Below, piece after piece: positions 10,353-21,092 of a DNA stretch of 64,000 bases (its first letter is position 1; every line of letters starts with the position of its first letter). Source of the DNA: a virus (Duplodnaviria; Caudoviricetes); the IMG/VR virus record IMGVR_UViG_3300021431_000075, positions 576,001 through 640,000 of that record, one strand, 5' to 3'. A program made the translations under genes and the position numbers. Under the pieces are notes generated by a model that did no database searches, was not told where the DNA came from, and saw nothing but the letters and a program-made list of their open reading frames with translations.

Positions 10353-10694
10353 ATGATAGCACTTGATGTTTATTCAGATAGACTTATTCCAGAAGGAAAA
10401 GAGCAGTTTTATCTTCCGGCGGTTCCAACTGATATGGGTAACATAAATGTTGGAGATAGTGTATTCGTAACATCTAATAACACAGTTGTTGTTTGGAATG
10501 GTTCGAAATGGGTTGAAAACGATAGTGCCGGAGCAAGTGTTGTCCGTAGCGGTGCAACAAGCGAGAGACCATCCGGAAGTTCAATTTATGTAGGATTCCA
10601 GTTCTTTGACACTACGCTTGGAAAACCTATATATGCTAATGCAATCAGCGGAAACACTGTAACATGGGTAGATGCAACAGGAGCAAATGTCTAA
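10353..10694 (+). pseudogene. Orphan C-terminal fibre module, probable remnant of a decayed cassette
   Basis: SGATSERP...GFQFFDTTLGKPIY...WVDATG resembles the C-terminus of 17104..20085 (KGTTVQR...GLRYYDTTLKKYVLWNGTQW); no conserved N-terminus or site upstream. Confidence 0.55.
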
Positions 10695-10705
10695 ATGATT
10701 TTTCA

Positions 10706-12457
10706 TTAAACTATTAATCTTTTCATTTCAGATAGATAAAACTTAAAAACTTTATCTTCTCCGGCTTGTGATTGGTGTTTGCCGTCATATGTATAAAGTC
10801 CATAACGTTTAGAATATCCATTATTCAACACTCCGTTATTGGTTGCTTCTTCATAAGTGCTTATCTGACCAGTCGAATCTTTAATAAAGTTGTATATCGG
10901 ATTTGTTCTTGACAAGTTAGTTCTGTCATTTGCAACACCCGGATTTCCATCATTGTAATATGGCTGGCATGGTTCAGTGAACGGAGAGAAACCACAATAA
11001 CGCTCTCCATCTATTATCTGAATGCACATGCGTTTGCATACATCTATTATAACATCATTCACTCGTTTAGCACTTTCACCATTCATATTACCCAATCTTT
11101 GAAATACAGTTCCGACAACAATATATGCAGTCGGATATTGTCTCTTGAGATATTCAAGATAGTATCTCATGCAAGCATATGTAGTCGTGGCGCTTTCAAG
11201 TTCTTTATAATTATATGTAGAGAATGCATCAGAAGCGGTTCCAATATCTTCTGTGTTACTAATGTCATTTCCACCAAGTTGAATGATAATTATATCAGGT
11301 TCTATATTTTCTGACTCAAAACTGTTTATCTGAGCGCCTAAACAATTTGTAAGTGTTTGGTCTTGATACTTATTTCTCCATGTAGCACCACCATTCGCAT
11401 AGTTTCTAAAAGTGTCTATTTCCAATTCTTCAGCAAGACGTTGTGCCCATTTGGTATTTCCGGTAGCGGTTGAAGAATCACCAAACACAATCATTGTTTT
11501 CCCTGATGTCGGCAAAGAATGTTTTAACGATTCGATTTTGTCATTCACTTCTGTGATTTTTGAATTAGTATATTCAATCGGATTCGATGTACGTTTCCAT
11601 AACGCTTTTGACAAAGATGTCCAAAGTGAGTTGAATATCAATGTGTCAAAAGAACCATCACATTCTATTGTTTCTGTTACAATTTCGGAACTTGTGCTTG
11701 AACCAATTTCTATAATTATATCATTCTTCACTTTTGCATATAGTTTTCCAGTTGAACCTCCTTGACCTGTTATTATGAACACATCTCCGATTGAAAAATC
11801 AGTTACTATTAAATATCTTCTTGTAGTTTTTGATGTATCAGGTGTAATTTCGGACAAACGATCACCGACATTTGTCTGAATCATTCCTACATTATTTGCA
11901 AAATCATCTTTGAAGTCAATGTCTATGTTTCCAGAAATGCTTGCTTTTATATTTTGCAATTCTTCTGTTATGATGTCTTTATATGGTCTGTAACTTTTAT
12001 GGATGATATTCAAATCTGCAGTTCTGCTGTTGAATATCAAAGTGTCAAATGTGCCATCGCAATAAACTTCAATCGTAGATAAAGAACTATTGCCTTCTGC
12101 ATATATGATAATGTCATCTTTTGCTTTCGCAACTAATTTTCCTGTTACACCTCCAGCACCTGTGATGATAAAAACATCTCCAGAAACAAAATCACTTGTT
12201 ATATAATAAGACCTGTTTGTTGATTCTTGGACAGTCTGCTCAGAAACTTTTCCATCAATTGGCGTTGGAAATATTCCATGTATGAATCTATTTTTAATAT
12301 CTTCATCATTTCTGTTCAGCAATAATGATTGTATAGTATTGGTTATAGTTGCTTGTGTTACGCTGCCGTCCGTGTTATAACCAAGTTCATTATATAAATT
12401 ATCCTTGATGTCATAAACAACACCTTTGACTCTTATTTTAGTTACATTATTACTCAT
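10706..12457 (-). CDS. Inner cassette 1: fibre-like protein with SGNH hydrolase domain
   Basis: Start reassigned to MSNNVTKIRVKG by paralogy; FGDSS, NGGA, QLGGND, DGKH blocks. Confidence 0.75.
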   Translation of the reverse strand: MSNNVTKIRVKGVVYDIKDNLYNELGYNTDGSVTQATITNTIQSLLLNRNDEDIKNRFIHGIFPTPIDGKVSEQTVQESTNRSYYITSDFVSGDVFIITGAGGVTGKLVAKAKDDIIIYAEGNSSLSTIEVYCDGTFDTLIFNSRTADLNIIHKSYRPYKDIITEELQNIKASISGNIDIDFKDDFANNVGMIQTNVGDRLSEITPDTSKTTRRYLIVTDFSIGDVFIITGQGGSTGKLYAKVKNDIIIEIGSSTSSEIVTETIECDGSFDTLIFNSLWTSLSKALWKRTSNPIEYTNSKITEVNDKIESLKHSLPTSGKTMIVFGDSSTATGNTKWAQRLAEELEIDTFRNYANGGATWRNKYQDQTLTNCLGAQINSFESENIEPDIIIIQLGGNDISNTEDIGTASDAFSTYNYKELESATTTYACMRYYLEYLKRQYPTAYIVVGTVFQRLGNMNGESAKRVNDVIIDVCKRMCIQIIDGERYCGFSPFTEPCQPYYNDGNPGVANDRTNLSRTNPIYNFIKDSTGQISTYEEATNNGVLNNGYSKRYGLYTYDGKHQSQAGEDKVFKFYLSEMKRLIV

Positions 12458-12504
12458 TGATTGCAAAATGATTACTTTTAGTATTAAAATTACAAAACTG
12501 CGAG

Positions 12505-12518
12505 GTTTCTTATTCAAG
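12505..12518 (-). repeat. Inner-family site S1 (one mismatch: CTTGAATAAGAAAC)
   Basis: 13/14 match to CCTGAATAAGAAAC; variant base at 12517. Confidence 0.7.
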
Positions 12519-12599
12519 CGAGTTTGCTACAGCATAGAACTACTTACAATTCTCTAATGCACAGAAACTTACACCAACTAATTGAAAGAGTAGAACTTA

Positions 12600-12613
12600 C
12601 CTGAATAAGAAAC
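12600..12613 (+). repeat. Inner-family site S2
   Basis: Exact CCTGAATAAGAAAC preceded by GAACTTA. Confidence 0.8.
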
Positions 12614-12660
12614 GTTGGAATTTTGATATTTTAATACTAAATGTAATCATTTTGCAATCA

Positions 12661-14700
12661 ATGAGTACGAATGTAACCAAGATGAGAGTCAAGGGTGTTG
12701 TGTACAATCTTAATAAATTATATGACACAACTGGTTCTAATACAGACGGAAGTGTAACACAATCATTTTTTACAAGAAAGTTATCAGGAAAGAAAATAAG
12801 CATACCAGATACTGCAGATAATAGGTATTTGGTATCATCGACTGCAAAGTGGACTAATTCAAACTATTCAATTCTAATAGATGTCGTTTCTTTTCGTGGA
12901 AATAAAATAATCATCAATAATGTAATCGTTACAGGAACGAAATATGCATTCTTGATTGATAGTGATGAAACTTCTGTCACTTTGTGTAATGGAACTTCTA
13001 TCTCTGATTATACAAATTTCACTGCATTGACGATTCCAAATGATGCTAACTACTTATATCTTTATCTTGGAAACAATGTTCCGACTTATATGCCTGCTGT
13101 GTTTGTATATGGCACTGAAGAAGGTATTGAATACAGATTGACAAAAATAGAAAATGATGTTTATCAAATATCTGGCGAGACAGCAGAAATCACCAACTAT
13201 ACAAACAAATATATTATGTTATCAAGAGGAAGTTGGTTAGATGCACCGAATGAAAACTCTCATTGTGTCATAGTTGATGTTTCGAAGCAACGTAGCAATA
13301 AGATTAAAACCAACATCGGCGTTCAGTATGCGTTTATATCTGTTGACAATGGACAAAAAGTTATATATTGCAAAGATGTCAACGACACTGACTTACAAGG
13401 TTCTATAACATTAAATTCATTTTATACTATTCCAGATGATGCTATAGAATTTTATGTGTTTTATACAGGAGACACGATTCCAACTTTTGAATTTGAAACG
13501 CCGATAAAAGAAGGCATCAATCAGAAAATTATTGGTATTGAATCTGAATTAACAACCATTCAGCAAAATATAAATTCAGTTAAAGATAAAGTCAACGGTC
13601 GCATTCTTGAAATTCCAAATGCCGCTGACAATATATATTGTGGTTTAACATCGGGCAAATGGATGAGTGGAAATTATTCAATATTGCTTGACGTTTCCAA
13701 GTTCAGAGGCGAACAGATAAAGGCATCACAAGGCAACCAATGGGCATTTATGTTATCAGACGGCGGTCATGCCGTTGGTGGTATATGTGTATTTTGTAAA
13801 AATTCTTCAAACGAAGACATAAAGGGAACATCATTCGATAAGAACACATGGTATGACATTCCGTTGGATGCAAATTACTTTTATTTATATTTAAGCAATA
13901 ATCCATCTACTGTTCCAACTATAGAAATCACAGGAGAAGTTTACGGATTAGACAATATCATAGAAAATATCGACGCGATTTCATCTTCAACTATTATAAC
14001 AAAAGGAAAGAAGATAGCTTGGTTTGGTGATAGCCTAAGTCAACTTATGGAATTGCCTCATCTTGTTGAAAAAAGAATAGGTCAGACTGTGTATGATTGT
14101 AGTTTTGCAGGAGCGCCAATATATGGTTCCGGTTCAAACACAGACAATTATTATGATACCGGTTTCTGTTCTCTTGTATCGCAAATTGTAGCAAATGATT
14201 TCACACCGTTGCAAACTGCTCTTGACAATCAATTAAGCCAGGGACAAATAACACAAGATAGTTATAACAAGAAAATGATAAACTACAACATCTTGTCAAA
14301 TATTGATTTTAGTGAAATAGATAAGATTGTTGTATTTGCAGGAACAAATGATAAAGTTTATTCAACATTAAACATAGAGCCGTTGAAAACAGGTTTGAGA
14401 AATGCATTGCAATCGCTTTTCACAAATAAACGCAACATTATTGTTTATGGAATATTGCCACCATATAGAACAGATTGGGATGAGACATCTAACGGAACAA
14501 AAAGAACATTGTTACAAATCAATAGTGCAATTGCAGAAGTGTATTCTGAATTCGGCATTCCGTATCTTGATTTCTTCCATGCATGCTGCACCAATCAATA
14601 TAACTATTTGCAATGGATGAACAATGACGGTTTGCATCAAAATGCTGCCGGAGACAAGATGTGGGCTGATAAGATAAGCGCGTGGTTGTTGAGTTGTTAA
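12661..14700 (+). CDS. Inner cassette 2: fibre-like protein with repeated beta modules and SGNH hydrolase
   Basis: MSTNVTKMRVKG start; FGDSL, FAGA, AGTND, DGLH blocks. Confidence 0.75.
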   Translation: MSTNVTKMRVKGVVYNLNKLYDTTGSNTDGSVTQSFFTRKLSGKKISIPDTADNRYLVSSTAKWTNSNYSILIDVVSFRGNKIIINNVIVTGTKYAFLIDSDETSVTLCNGTSISDYTNFTALTIPNDANYLYLYLGNNVPTYMPAVFVYGTEEGIEYRLTKIENDVYQISGETAEITNYTNKYIMLSRGSWLDAPNENSHCVIVDVSKQRSNKIKTNIGVQYAFISVDNGQKVIYCKDVNDTDLQGSITLNSFYTIPDDAIEFYVFYTGDTIPTFEFETPIKEGINQKIIGIESELTTIQQNINSVKDKVNGRILEIPNAADNIYCGLTSGKWMSGNYSILLDVSKFRGEQIKASQGNQWAFMLSDGGHAVGGICVFCKNSSNEDIKGTSFDKNTWYDIPLDANYFYLYLSNNPSTVPTIEITGEVYGLDNIIENIDAISSSTIITKGKKIAWFGDSLSQLMELPHLVEKRIGQTVYDCSFAGAPIYGSGSNTDNYYDTGFCSLVSQIVANDFTPLQTALDNQLSQGQITQDSYNKKMINYNILSNIDFSEIDKIVVFAGTNDKVYSTLNIEPLKTGLRNALQSLFTNKRNIIVYGILPPYRTDWDETSNGTKRTLLQINSAIAEVYSEFGIPYLDFFHACCTNQYNYLQWMNNDGLHQNAAGDKMWADKISAWLLSC

Positions 14701-14729
14701 AAACTAAATAAACTATTCAATAAAAAGAT

Positions 14730-14756
14730 AATGAGCAACTATTTTAGTTGCTCATT
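14730..14756. terminator. Bidirectional terminator
   Basis: AATGAGCAACTA-TTT-TAGTTGCTCATT between convergent cassettes. Confidence 0.75.
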
Positions 14757-14768
14757 TTATCTTCAATT

Positions 14769-15545
14769 TTAATTATGCTCTATATGGAAATAAGTGTCTA
14801 TGTTTGATTCATTCAAAACAAATGTTACATCAACTGTTTGCGCTGCACTTCCATAAGCAGCCATGTTCAAAGCGAAACCGCCGCCTGTTGATGGAAGATA
14901 ACTTGACAAGTCGATAACTGTTTCTACTGTTGCACTACCTTTCCATTGCGAATCTCTTGAAATTTCTGTCAAATCATTTCCGGTTGCATAACAAACTCTG
15001 ACTTTATATCCGGGCGCTACATAAATCGTATAGTTGTTATCACTAACTGCTGTCAAGCATTTGGTAGTAGTTCCTTCAACCGTATCATACCATCCATATA
15101 TCTTGTTGTAATAAGTATCTGTTGAAGTATAAACTTTGAATTTTTTATCCGTTCCCCAACTACCGGTTACTGAAACGATATTGTGTTCTTCATAGAATGA
15201 AACATGTTCTTCTACTGCAATTGTCTTAGTGGCAGAAATCAATGAATTATAAACAGACGTTGCACGGATAACAATACTTTGCGCACTTCTATTCATATCA
15301 ATCGTCAAAACGCCATAACTGTTGATAGACGCGATTTCGCTTCCTTCTACAATGCTCCATTCGACGTCGGTTTCTTCCGTGTTGGCAGGATTGTAAACTA
15401 TACTATATTCAACGCTTGTCGTGTTGCTTGATATAGTTGAAGGTCCATCAATGCTTATGCTTTCAACACGACCTGCCAAGAAAGTTACTTGTCCCAAGTT
15501 ATTATTTGAGAAATCCAAATCGGTCACTTTTATCGCGATACCCAT
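14769..15545 (-). CDS. Cassette 3 partner protein with Ig-like (Big_2-type) domain
   Basis: MGIAIKVTDLDFS N-terminus; YNPANTEETDVEWSIVEGSEIASINSYGVLT. Confidence 0.65.
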   Translation of the reverse strand: MGIAIKVTDLDFSNNNLGQVTFLAGRVESISIDGPSTISSNTTSVEYSIVYNPANTEETDVEWSIVEGSEIASINSYGVLTIDMNRSAQSIVIRATSVYNSLISATKTIAVEEHVSFYEEHNIVSVTGSWGTDKKFKVYTSTDTYYNKIYGWYDTVEGTTTKCLTAVSDNNYTIYVAPGYKVRVCYATGNDLTEISRDSQWKGSATVETVIDLSSYLPSTGGGFALNMAAYGSAAQTVDVTFVLNESNIDTYFHIEHN

Positions 15546-15564
15546 AATTGTTTCTTATTTTGAT

Positions 15565-16905
15565 TTATAAAATTGTTGTTTTGGTATAAGGAGTCTTGTA
15601 TGCATGCTCGGATGCACTCTTTGCAGAAGTTAATGCAGAAGAAGTGATTGTTCCGAATGATGATGTTTGTGGATATACATTCGGGTCTGTGTTTGAAGTT
15701 GACGAATCACTAAGAGCAAAAACGTTTGTTCCCCATATGGGTTTCCAATCTATTTCCGCAAGCGGTTTCATATCTCCGAATATTCTAAACAATGACAAAT
15801 AGAGAACATAAGAGCCGATTAATCTACCAATGCCGTCTTCCATATGTGCTCCGTCTGATGTAATATGACCAGCCGAACCATAAGCATCAAGTTCCTGATT
15901 CGTTCTTCCGTTTTGAATAGCGGTTCCGGAAGGAACTATGAAATCAACGATGCCGTTGGAAACCAGCGTTTGACAGATTGAACACATCGTCCCCCACATC
16001 GTATCGCCATATGTAATCTCTCCTTCTGTTGATTTTTTCGGATTCGTCAAAACATAGCCCCAAATTGGCTTATAACCGATATAACCATTAACAAGAGACG
16101 TTAATGTCTGCAGACCGGTTCCTTCATTGTTTATGATTGTGGTTTCACGGTCGCTCAGGTCTGATGCCTGATGCGTCATGATTATATTCCACTTATTGCC
16201 GTTGTCAAGAGCATTTTTAATCGTAGTGTTCGCGCTTCCGCTCGAAGTCCAATAGCCATTAGTGCTTTTGTATTCGAAATAATAATATGGCGTTTCATTA
16301 TTGAATCTGTTAATGTGTCCTTCAATATTCATCCCAGACAAATATAACACACCGATTATAAGAGTAATTCCGCTATTTGCTTCTATTAGACGTGGAAGAT
16401 ATACGCAGTTGTCGATGCTGAATGAATTACCGATGAAGAGAATCTTTATTTCCTTTGCTGAACTTCCGCTAATAATCGGAACATCATCAACCAGAGCACA
16501 AGACAAACCATCTTCGTCATACTTCATTCCGATGTTGCCATCTGCATCAACGACATAAAAACCATGTTCCATCACTTTCACACAATAAGGCATGGACATC
16601 TTGACGATGTCAAGCAGGGACGTTTTGAAATGAGTGCTCAACTTAGCAACATCGAATCCGTTCTCGTCATATTTCATGCCGACTTTTCCATTATTGTCTG
16701 TAACTGTGAAACCTTCTTCTTCTGTTATGCTTATTGATGAGAAACTGGATTCAACATCATTGACAAGATCGATAACATTGTCAAAACATTCAGTTATTGC
16801 AGACTGTGTCATTCCGCCATCTGTATTAGAACCGGTCGTGTCATATAACTTATTAAGGTCATAAACAACACCTTTGACTCTCACCTTGGTTACATTCGTA
16901 CCCAT
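15565..16905 (-). CDS. Inner cassette 3: fibre-like protein with SGNH-like (DUF4886-type) domain
   Basis: Start reassigned to MGTNVTKVRVKG; ILFIGNSFS, IVPSGTAIQN, DGAH. Confidence 0.7.
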   Translation of the reverse strand: MGTNVTKVRVKGVVYDLNKLYDTTGSNTDGGMTQSAITECFDNVIDLVNDVESSFSSISITEEEGFTVTDNNGKVGMKYDENGFDVAKLSTHFKTSLLDIVKMSMPYCVKVMEHGFYVVDADGNIGMKYDEDGLSCALVDDVPIISGSSAKEIKILFIGNSFSIDNCVYLPRLIEANSGITLIIGVLYLSGMNIEGHINRFNNETPYYYFEYKSTNGYWTSSGSANTTIKNALDNGNKWNIIMTHQASDLSDRETTIINNEGTGLQTLTSLVNGYIGYKPIWGYVLTNPKKSTEGEITYGDTMWGTMCSICQTLVSNGIVDFIVPSGTAIQNGRTNQELDAYGSAGHITSDGAHMEDGIGRLIGSYVLYLSLFRIFGDMKPLAEIDWKPIWGTNVFALSDSSTSNTDPNVYPQTSSFGTITSSALTSAKSASEHAYKTPYTKTTIL

Positions 16906-16952
16906 TGATTGTAAAATGCTTACTTTTAGTATTAAAATTACAAAACTGCGAG

Positions 16953-16966
16953 GTTTCTTATTCAGG
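16953..16966 (-). repeat. Inner-family site S3
   Basis: Exact reverse complement of CCTGAATAAGAAAC. Confidence 0.8.
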
Positions 16967-17047
16967 CGTGTTTGATGCGGCATATAACTACTTACAATTC
17001 TCTAATGCACAGAAACTTACACTAACTAAGGGAAAGAGTAGAACTTA
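16967..17047 (+). repeat. 81-bp spacer repeated between back-to-back sites
   Basis: Identical (reverse complement) to 32218-32298; about 8 mismatches to 12519-12599. Confidence 0.85.
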
Positions 17048-17061
17048 CCTGAATAAGAAAC
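17048..17061 (+). repeat. Inner-family site S4
   Basis: Exact CCTGAATAAGAAAC. Confidence 0.8.
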
Positions 17062-17103
17062 GATGTTTTTGAACACTTATATAGTAAAATTAGACATCAA
17101 CTA

Positions 17104-20085
17104 ATGAGCACTAACGTAACCAAGATGAGAGTTAAGGGAGTTGTTTATACTCTCAATGGAAAGTTATATAATTCTACCGGTTCGAACACAGACGGTAGCA
17201 TGACGCAAGCTGTTATTACATCTGAATTGACAGATGCTAAAGATATGGCAGAGTCTGCTCTCGCTATTGCTGAACAGGTTCGTGAAGAAGGAACGACAAC
17301 TATTGAAGGAAATGTGACGAACAACCCTGATGAAGAAGACTTGACCACTGTTATCAATGCACAGACGAATCTTGGTGAACTCAAACTCAAGAACAGAGCT
17401 TATGTTCCTGTTGAAAATTCAAAAGGCTATGTCATTCTCCGAAAGAATAATAATTTTTCATCTCAACTAACACAAACCAACACTGTTTATGAGATACGAT
17501 ATAATTTTGATTTGAATGGTGGAATAGTTGAAATTCCAGAAAACTGTACATTAAAATTTAATGGTGGTTCTATCTCCAATGGAACACTTGTTGGTTCTGA
17601 AACATATATTGATGCGATTGATGAAAATATTTTAATACAAATAACAATTGGTGGAACTTGGTCAAATGAGATAATAACAGACAAATGGTTTAATGATGCA
17701 AATATATTAAACATTAATGCTATTATGCGTGAAGATGTATATCAGCATATTTATATGACTAAAGATTATATTTGCAATGCACTTGAAAACACTGGTTATT
17801 TAATTCCATTAAGCAATACCTATATTCATTTAATCGGTTCAATTACAAGCAATCTAACAATTACAAATCATAGATTGATATTCATATATACAAATCCTAC
17901 ATTTGAAAGTTTAAAAAATATAACTATTGATGGCGAACGAGTTGGAAAAATAAACGGTAATCGAAGTCTTATTCCAATTAGTGAAGAAGGAGCTTTACAA
18001 TCAAATGGAAAATACAAACATACAGAAAACGGAATAGGTATCGCAATACGTGGAAATATAGATGGTGTTACAATTAAGAATCTTGAAATTTATGAATGTC
18101 ATTGTGATGGTATTTATGCAGCATCTGGAAAAAACATTATTATACAAGATTGTTATATTCATGGTTGTATCAGACAAGGAATCTCTATTTGTTCTGATGT
18201 GTCATCTGTTACAAATTCGGAAAATGTTTTGGTAAAAGATTGTCGAATAGAAAATATTGTAGATTATGAGAACAACGGTTACGTTATTGAATCCGGACCG
18301 GGTGCTGCTATTGATATAGAACCGAACAGAAATGGTGGTTTTTGTAAAAATATATCAATAGAAAATATTACATTAAACAACTGTGTAAAAGGTATTCAAT
18401 TGGATGCATCACGCTCTGTAGCAACTGGAGAAAGTTTTGTTAGCAATGTAAGAGTATGTAACATTAAAGCAAGCAATGTATCAAGTTATCTATTAAGTAC
18501 ATATTCTAAGGCGGAAAACATAACAATTGAGAATATTACAGTTGAACACGTGAAGTATGAAAAAGATGATAATGCTTCATCTGGTTTATTCTTTATGTGT
18601 ATGTATGCTAAAAATATATTGCTTAATGATGTTGATGCAGTTGGGATAGGTAACGGATGTGTAATAAACGGTTCAACAGATATCTTGATAACGAATAGTA
18701 CAATAAGTTGCATTCGATTATTCTTCAGTGATTCAACAGATAATGAAAATGTAGAATTCAAAAATTGTAGAATTGATGCAAATAATATCAGCAATTCTCA
18801 TCAAGCAATTAGCGGAATAAATTTCTCATTAAATTATTTTAATATAATTTCTACTGACGGCTTCAACACATGGTTGTCCAATACCATATTTAAAGATAAT
18901 TATATTACAGGTTCAAACATTAGATTCGGTGAAAGCAATACAAGTAATGTGTTGAAAAACATTATTTTTGAGAACAATGAATTCAATATTACAAGAAATG
19001 CCCAAATTATTGTTTCTGCTGCCGATGTTCTTTTTGCAAATAATACATTCTTTTGTAATAATAATGCAAATGTTAAAGTTATAGTTAGAGGAATTGTAAA
19101 TAATGCTAATATTCGATTCATAGATAATCAACTTATTGATTATGTAAATAATTATTCAGATTTGATATATGATGGAAATCTCGGTTCATTGTATATAATA
19201 ACTATTGATGGAAAAATATATGATAATGGTTCTTGGAATTATACAAACGGAGATGCCATTATGATAAAACGTGGGTTGCTTGAAAACATACCTGATATAG
19301 AATCAGGAAATGACGGTGTTTCATATTATGCTACCGATATTCAAAAGAATTGCTACATTCAACAAAGAAATGACAAATTCTTATGGGCAGATAGTGATGG
19401 TTATCCTGTGTTCATTTACAATTATGAAGGAAGTGCCAATGTATTACATATTATTGAAAAACAAGGTCCATTGTCAGACAAACCAATATGTGGAAAAGTA
19501 GGAATGCGGTATTTTGAAACTACAAATAACCAACCTATTTATATAAAGAGCGGTACAGTTCCTGCATATGACATCACATTATCATTTGTTGACAATCCAA
19601 CTTATACCGGTTCTATTAATGAAGGTTATAGTGGTGGAAATTTTGTATTTACGTTTGAGAATGTAAAAAAGAGAATTGCTTTTCAAAAAACAAATAATGT
19701 TGGAACTATATTAACAGAAATATTTAACGCATTAAATCCATATTTTAACATTACAGTAGATACAGAAAACAACAAATTTACAATAATTGGAAATTTTATA
19801 GGTTCACATGTTCCACAAATATCTGGAGTATATATATATTCTACATATCCATTAAAATTGAGTGCTTCAAGAAGTGCTATAACTCGTGGAAGTCTTATTT
19901 GGGTTGATGAAGAAGGAGTAGATGTAACGAACGTCTCTACTGTCAAGGGAACTACTGTTCAGAGAGAAGCATTGACTCTTGCCGCTACTAACGAAGGTCT
20001 GAGGTACTATGACACTACTCTTAAGAAGTACGTTCTCTGGAACGGAACACAATGGACAAATCTTGATGGAACAGCATTGTCTTAA
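17104..20085 (+). CDS. Inner cassette 4: tailspike-like right-handed beta-helix (pectin-lyase-like) protein
   Basis: MSTNVTKMRVKG start; Asn/Ile-rich beta-helix repeats (DGIYAASGKNIIIQDCYIHGCIRQGISI, AAIDIEPN). Confidence 0.7.
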   Translation: MSTNVTKMRVKGVVYTLNGKLYNSTGSNTDGSMTQAVITSELTDAKDMAESALAIAEQVREEGTTTIEGNVTNNPDEEDLTTVINAQTNLGELKLKNRAYVPVENSKGYVILRKNNNFSSQLTQTNTVYEIRYNFDLNGGIVEIPENCTLKFNGGSISNGTLVGSETYIDAIDENILIQITIGGTWSNEIITDKWFNDANILNINAIMREDVYQHIYMTKDYICNALENTGYLIPLSNTYIHLIGSITSNLTITNHRLIFIYTNPTFESLKNITIDGERVGKINGNRSLIPISEEGALQSNGKYKHTENGIGIAIRGNIDGVTIKNLEIYECHCDGIYAASGKNIIIQDCYIHGCIRQGISICSDVSSVTNSENVLVKDCRIENIVDYENNGYVIESGPGAAIDIEPNRNGGFCKNISIENITLNNCVKGIQLDASRSVATGESFVSNVRVCNIKASNVSSYLLSTYSKAENITIENITVEHVKYEKDDNASSGLFFMCMYAKNILLNDVDAVGIGNGCVINGSTDILITNSTISCIRLFFSDSTDNENVEFKNCRIDANNISNSHQAISGINFSLNYFNIISTDGFNTWLSNTIFKDNYITGSNIRFGESNTSNVLKNIIFENNEFNITRNAQIIVSAADVLFANNTFFCNNNANVKVIVRGIVNNANIRFIDNQLIDYVNNYSDLIYDGNLGSLYIITIDGKIYDNGSWNYTNGDAIMIKRGLLENIPDIESGNDGVSYYATDIQKNCYIQQRNDKFLWADSDGYPVFIYNYEGSANVLHIIEKQGPLSDKPICGKVGMRYFETTNNQPIYIKSGTVPAYDITLSFVDNPTYTGSINEGYSGGNFVFTFENVKKRIAFQKTNNVGTILTEIFNALNPYFNITVDTENNKFTIIGNFIGSHVPQISGVYIYSTYPLKLSASRSAITRGSLIWVDEEGVDVTNVSTVKGTTVQREALTLAATNEGLRYYDTTLKKYVLWNGTQWTNLDGTALS

Positions 20086-20140
20086 TCAATGTGATTTATT
20101 TTATAGTTTTTTGTGATCGCTTGATTCGAATCTTATAAAT

Positions 20141-20198
20141 AAAGAGAGCATTCAATGAAATCGTAACTACAAAGCAACATTTCTTGAATGTTCTCTTT
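20141..20198. terminator. Stem-loop after cassette 4
   Basis: AAAGAGAGCATTCAA...TTGAATGTTCTCTTT. Confidence 0.55.
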
Positions 20199-20216
20199 TC
20201 TTCTTGAAAGATGTTA

Positions 20217-20224
20217 GATAAATA
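20217..20224 (+). promoter_or_regulatory. Putative late promoter GATAAATA of tail tube gene
   Basis: Same octamer upstream of the prohead protease and in both switch segments. Confidence 0.55.
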
Positions 20225-20303
20225 ATAAAAGATGGTCGGGCTGTTCTTAATGTGACAGTTCCCGGATTAACCAAGTTGATAAAATACATTATTATATAAT
20301 AAT

Positions 20304-20915
20304 ATGCCAATAAGTACTCCTCAGATTACATCGCCGGGTCTTCTCGGTTTGAGTCATTTCAGGAACAGCCGTGTTTCAACGTCTCTTTGGGAACCTATAT
20401 ACCAGAACCTGTTTAGCGTGACGCTTGTTCCGCCAGAGCCACTTCAGGGCGACGACGAAAGAGTAAGAGTCATTCTTGAAGGCGTTCAGCAAGTCGGCAC
20501 AATACCTGCATCAAAGGCTTCGACCGCAGTTGAGCAGAAGTACAAGTTCGCTACCCGCTCGTTCTCTAACGCGACTCCTGAGAACACGACGATGGACTTG
20601 CAGATCAGCTTCGCTCTCAACCTCTCATATGACAACGAGACTCCGGAGAACTACACGTACAAGTTCCTTCGCCAGTGGGTTGACCTTGTGTATGATCCAT
20701 TGACTGGTCGTCAGGGACTTAAGAGGGACTATGTCGCTCCTTCCATGACAATCACGATGCACGACCGTGCAGGAAGTCCGTACTGGCAGTGGGTTATGTG
20801 GTACATATTCCCTACGACAGGTGCAGGCGGTCCGACACTCAACTACACAAGCGGCGACTTGATGTCAATCCAGATGACATTCAGATGCGACTGGTGGGAT
20901 GAGGTTTGCCTCTAA
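20304..20915 (+). CDS. Tail tube protein (T4 gp19-like)
   Basis: 203 aa; EPIYQNLFSV, FLRQWVDLVYDPLTGRQGLKRDY, IFPT, LNYTSGDLMSIQMTFRCDWW typical of the gp19 family; core-like codon usage. Confidence 0.8.
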   Translation: MPISTPQITSPGLLGLSHFRNSRVSTSLWEPIYQNLFSVTLVPPEPLQGDDERVRVILEGVQQVGTIPASKASTAVEQKYKFATRSFSNATPENTTMDLQISFALNLSYDNETPENYTYKFLRQWVDLVYDPLTGRQGLKRDYVAPSMTITMHDRAGSPYWQWVMWYIFPTTGAGGPTLNYTSGDLMSIQMTFRCDWWDEVCL

Positions 20916-20967
20916 TCCTTTGTTTGAAATCTGTCATAAACATAAATATTTTTTGTTAATAAAAAGA

Positions 20968-20996
20968 AAGATGCAGTCAGTTCATGGCTGCATCTT
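20968..20996 (+). terminator. Terminator of tail tube gene
   Basis: AAGATGCAGTC...GGCTGCATCTT followed by a T-rich tract. Confidence 0.65.
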
Positions 20997-21028
20997 CTAT
21001 TTTTGTTTTTATTCTCTAATGAATTATT

Positions 21029-21059
21029 AAAAAAAAGGACAGCCAAATATCGGCTGTCC
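21029..21059 (-). terminator. Terminator of cassette 5
   Basis: GGACAGCC-loop-GGCTGTCC with A8 on + (U-tract on -). Confidence 0.75.
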
Positions 21060-21092
21060 ATGAATTATGATAAGTATGTTAATTTATTATAT

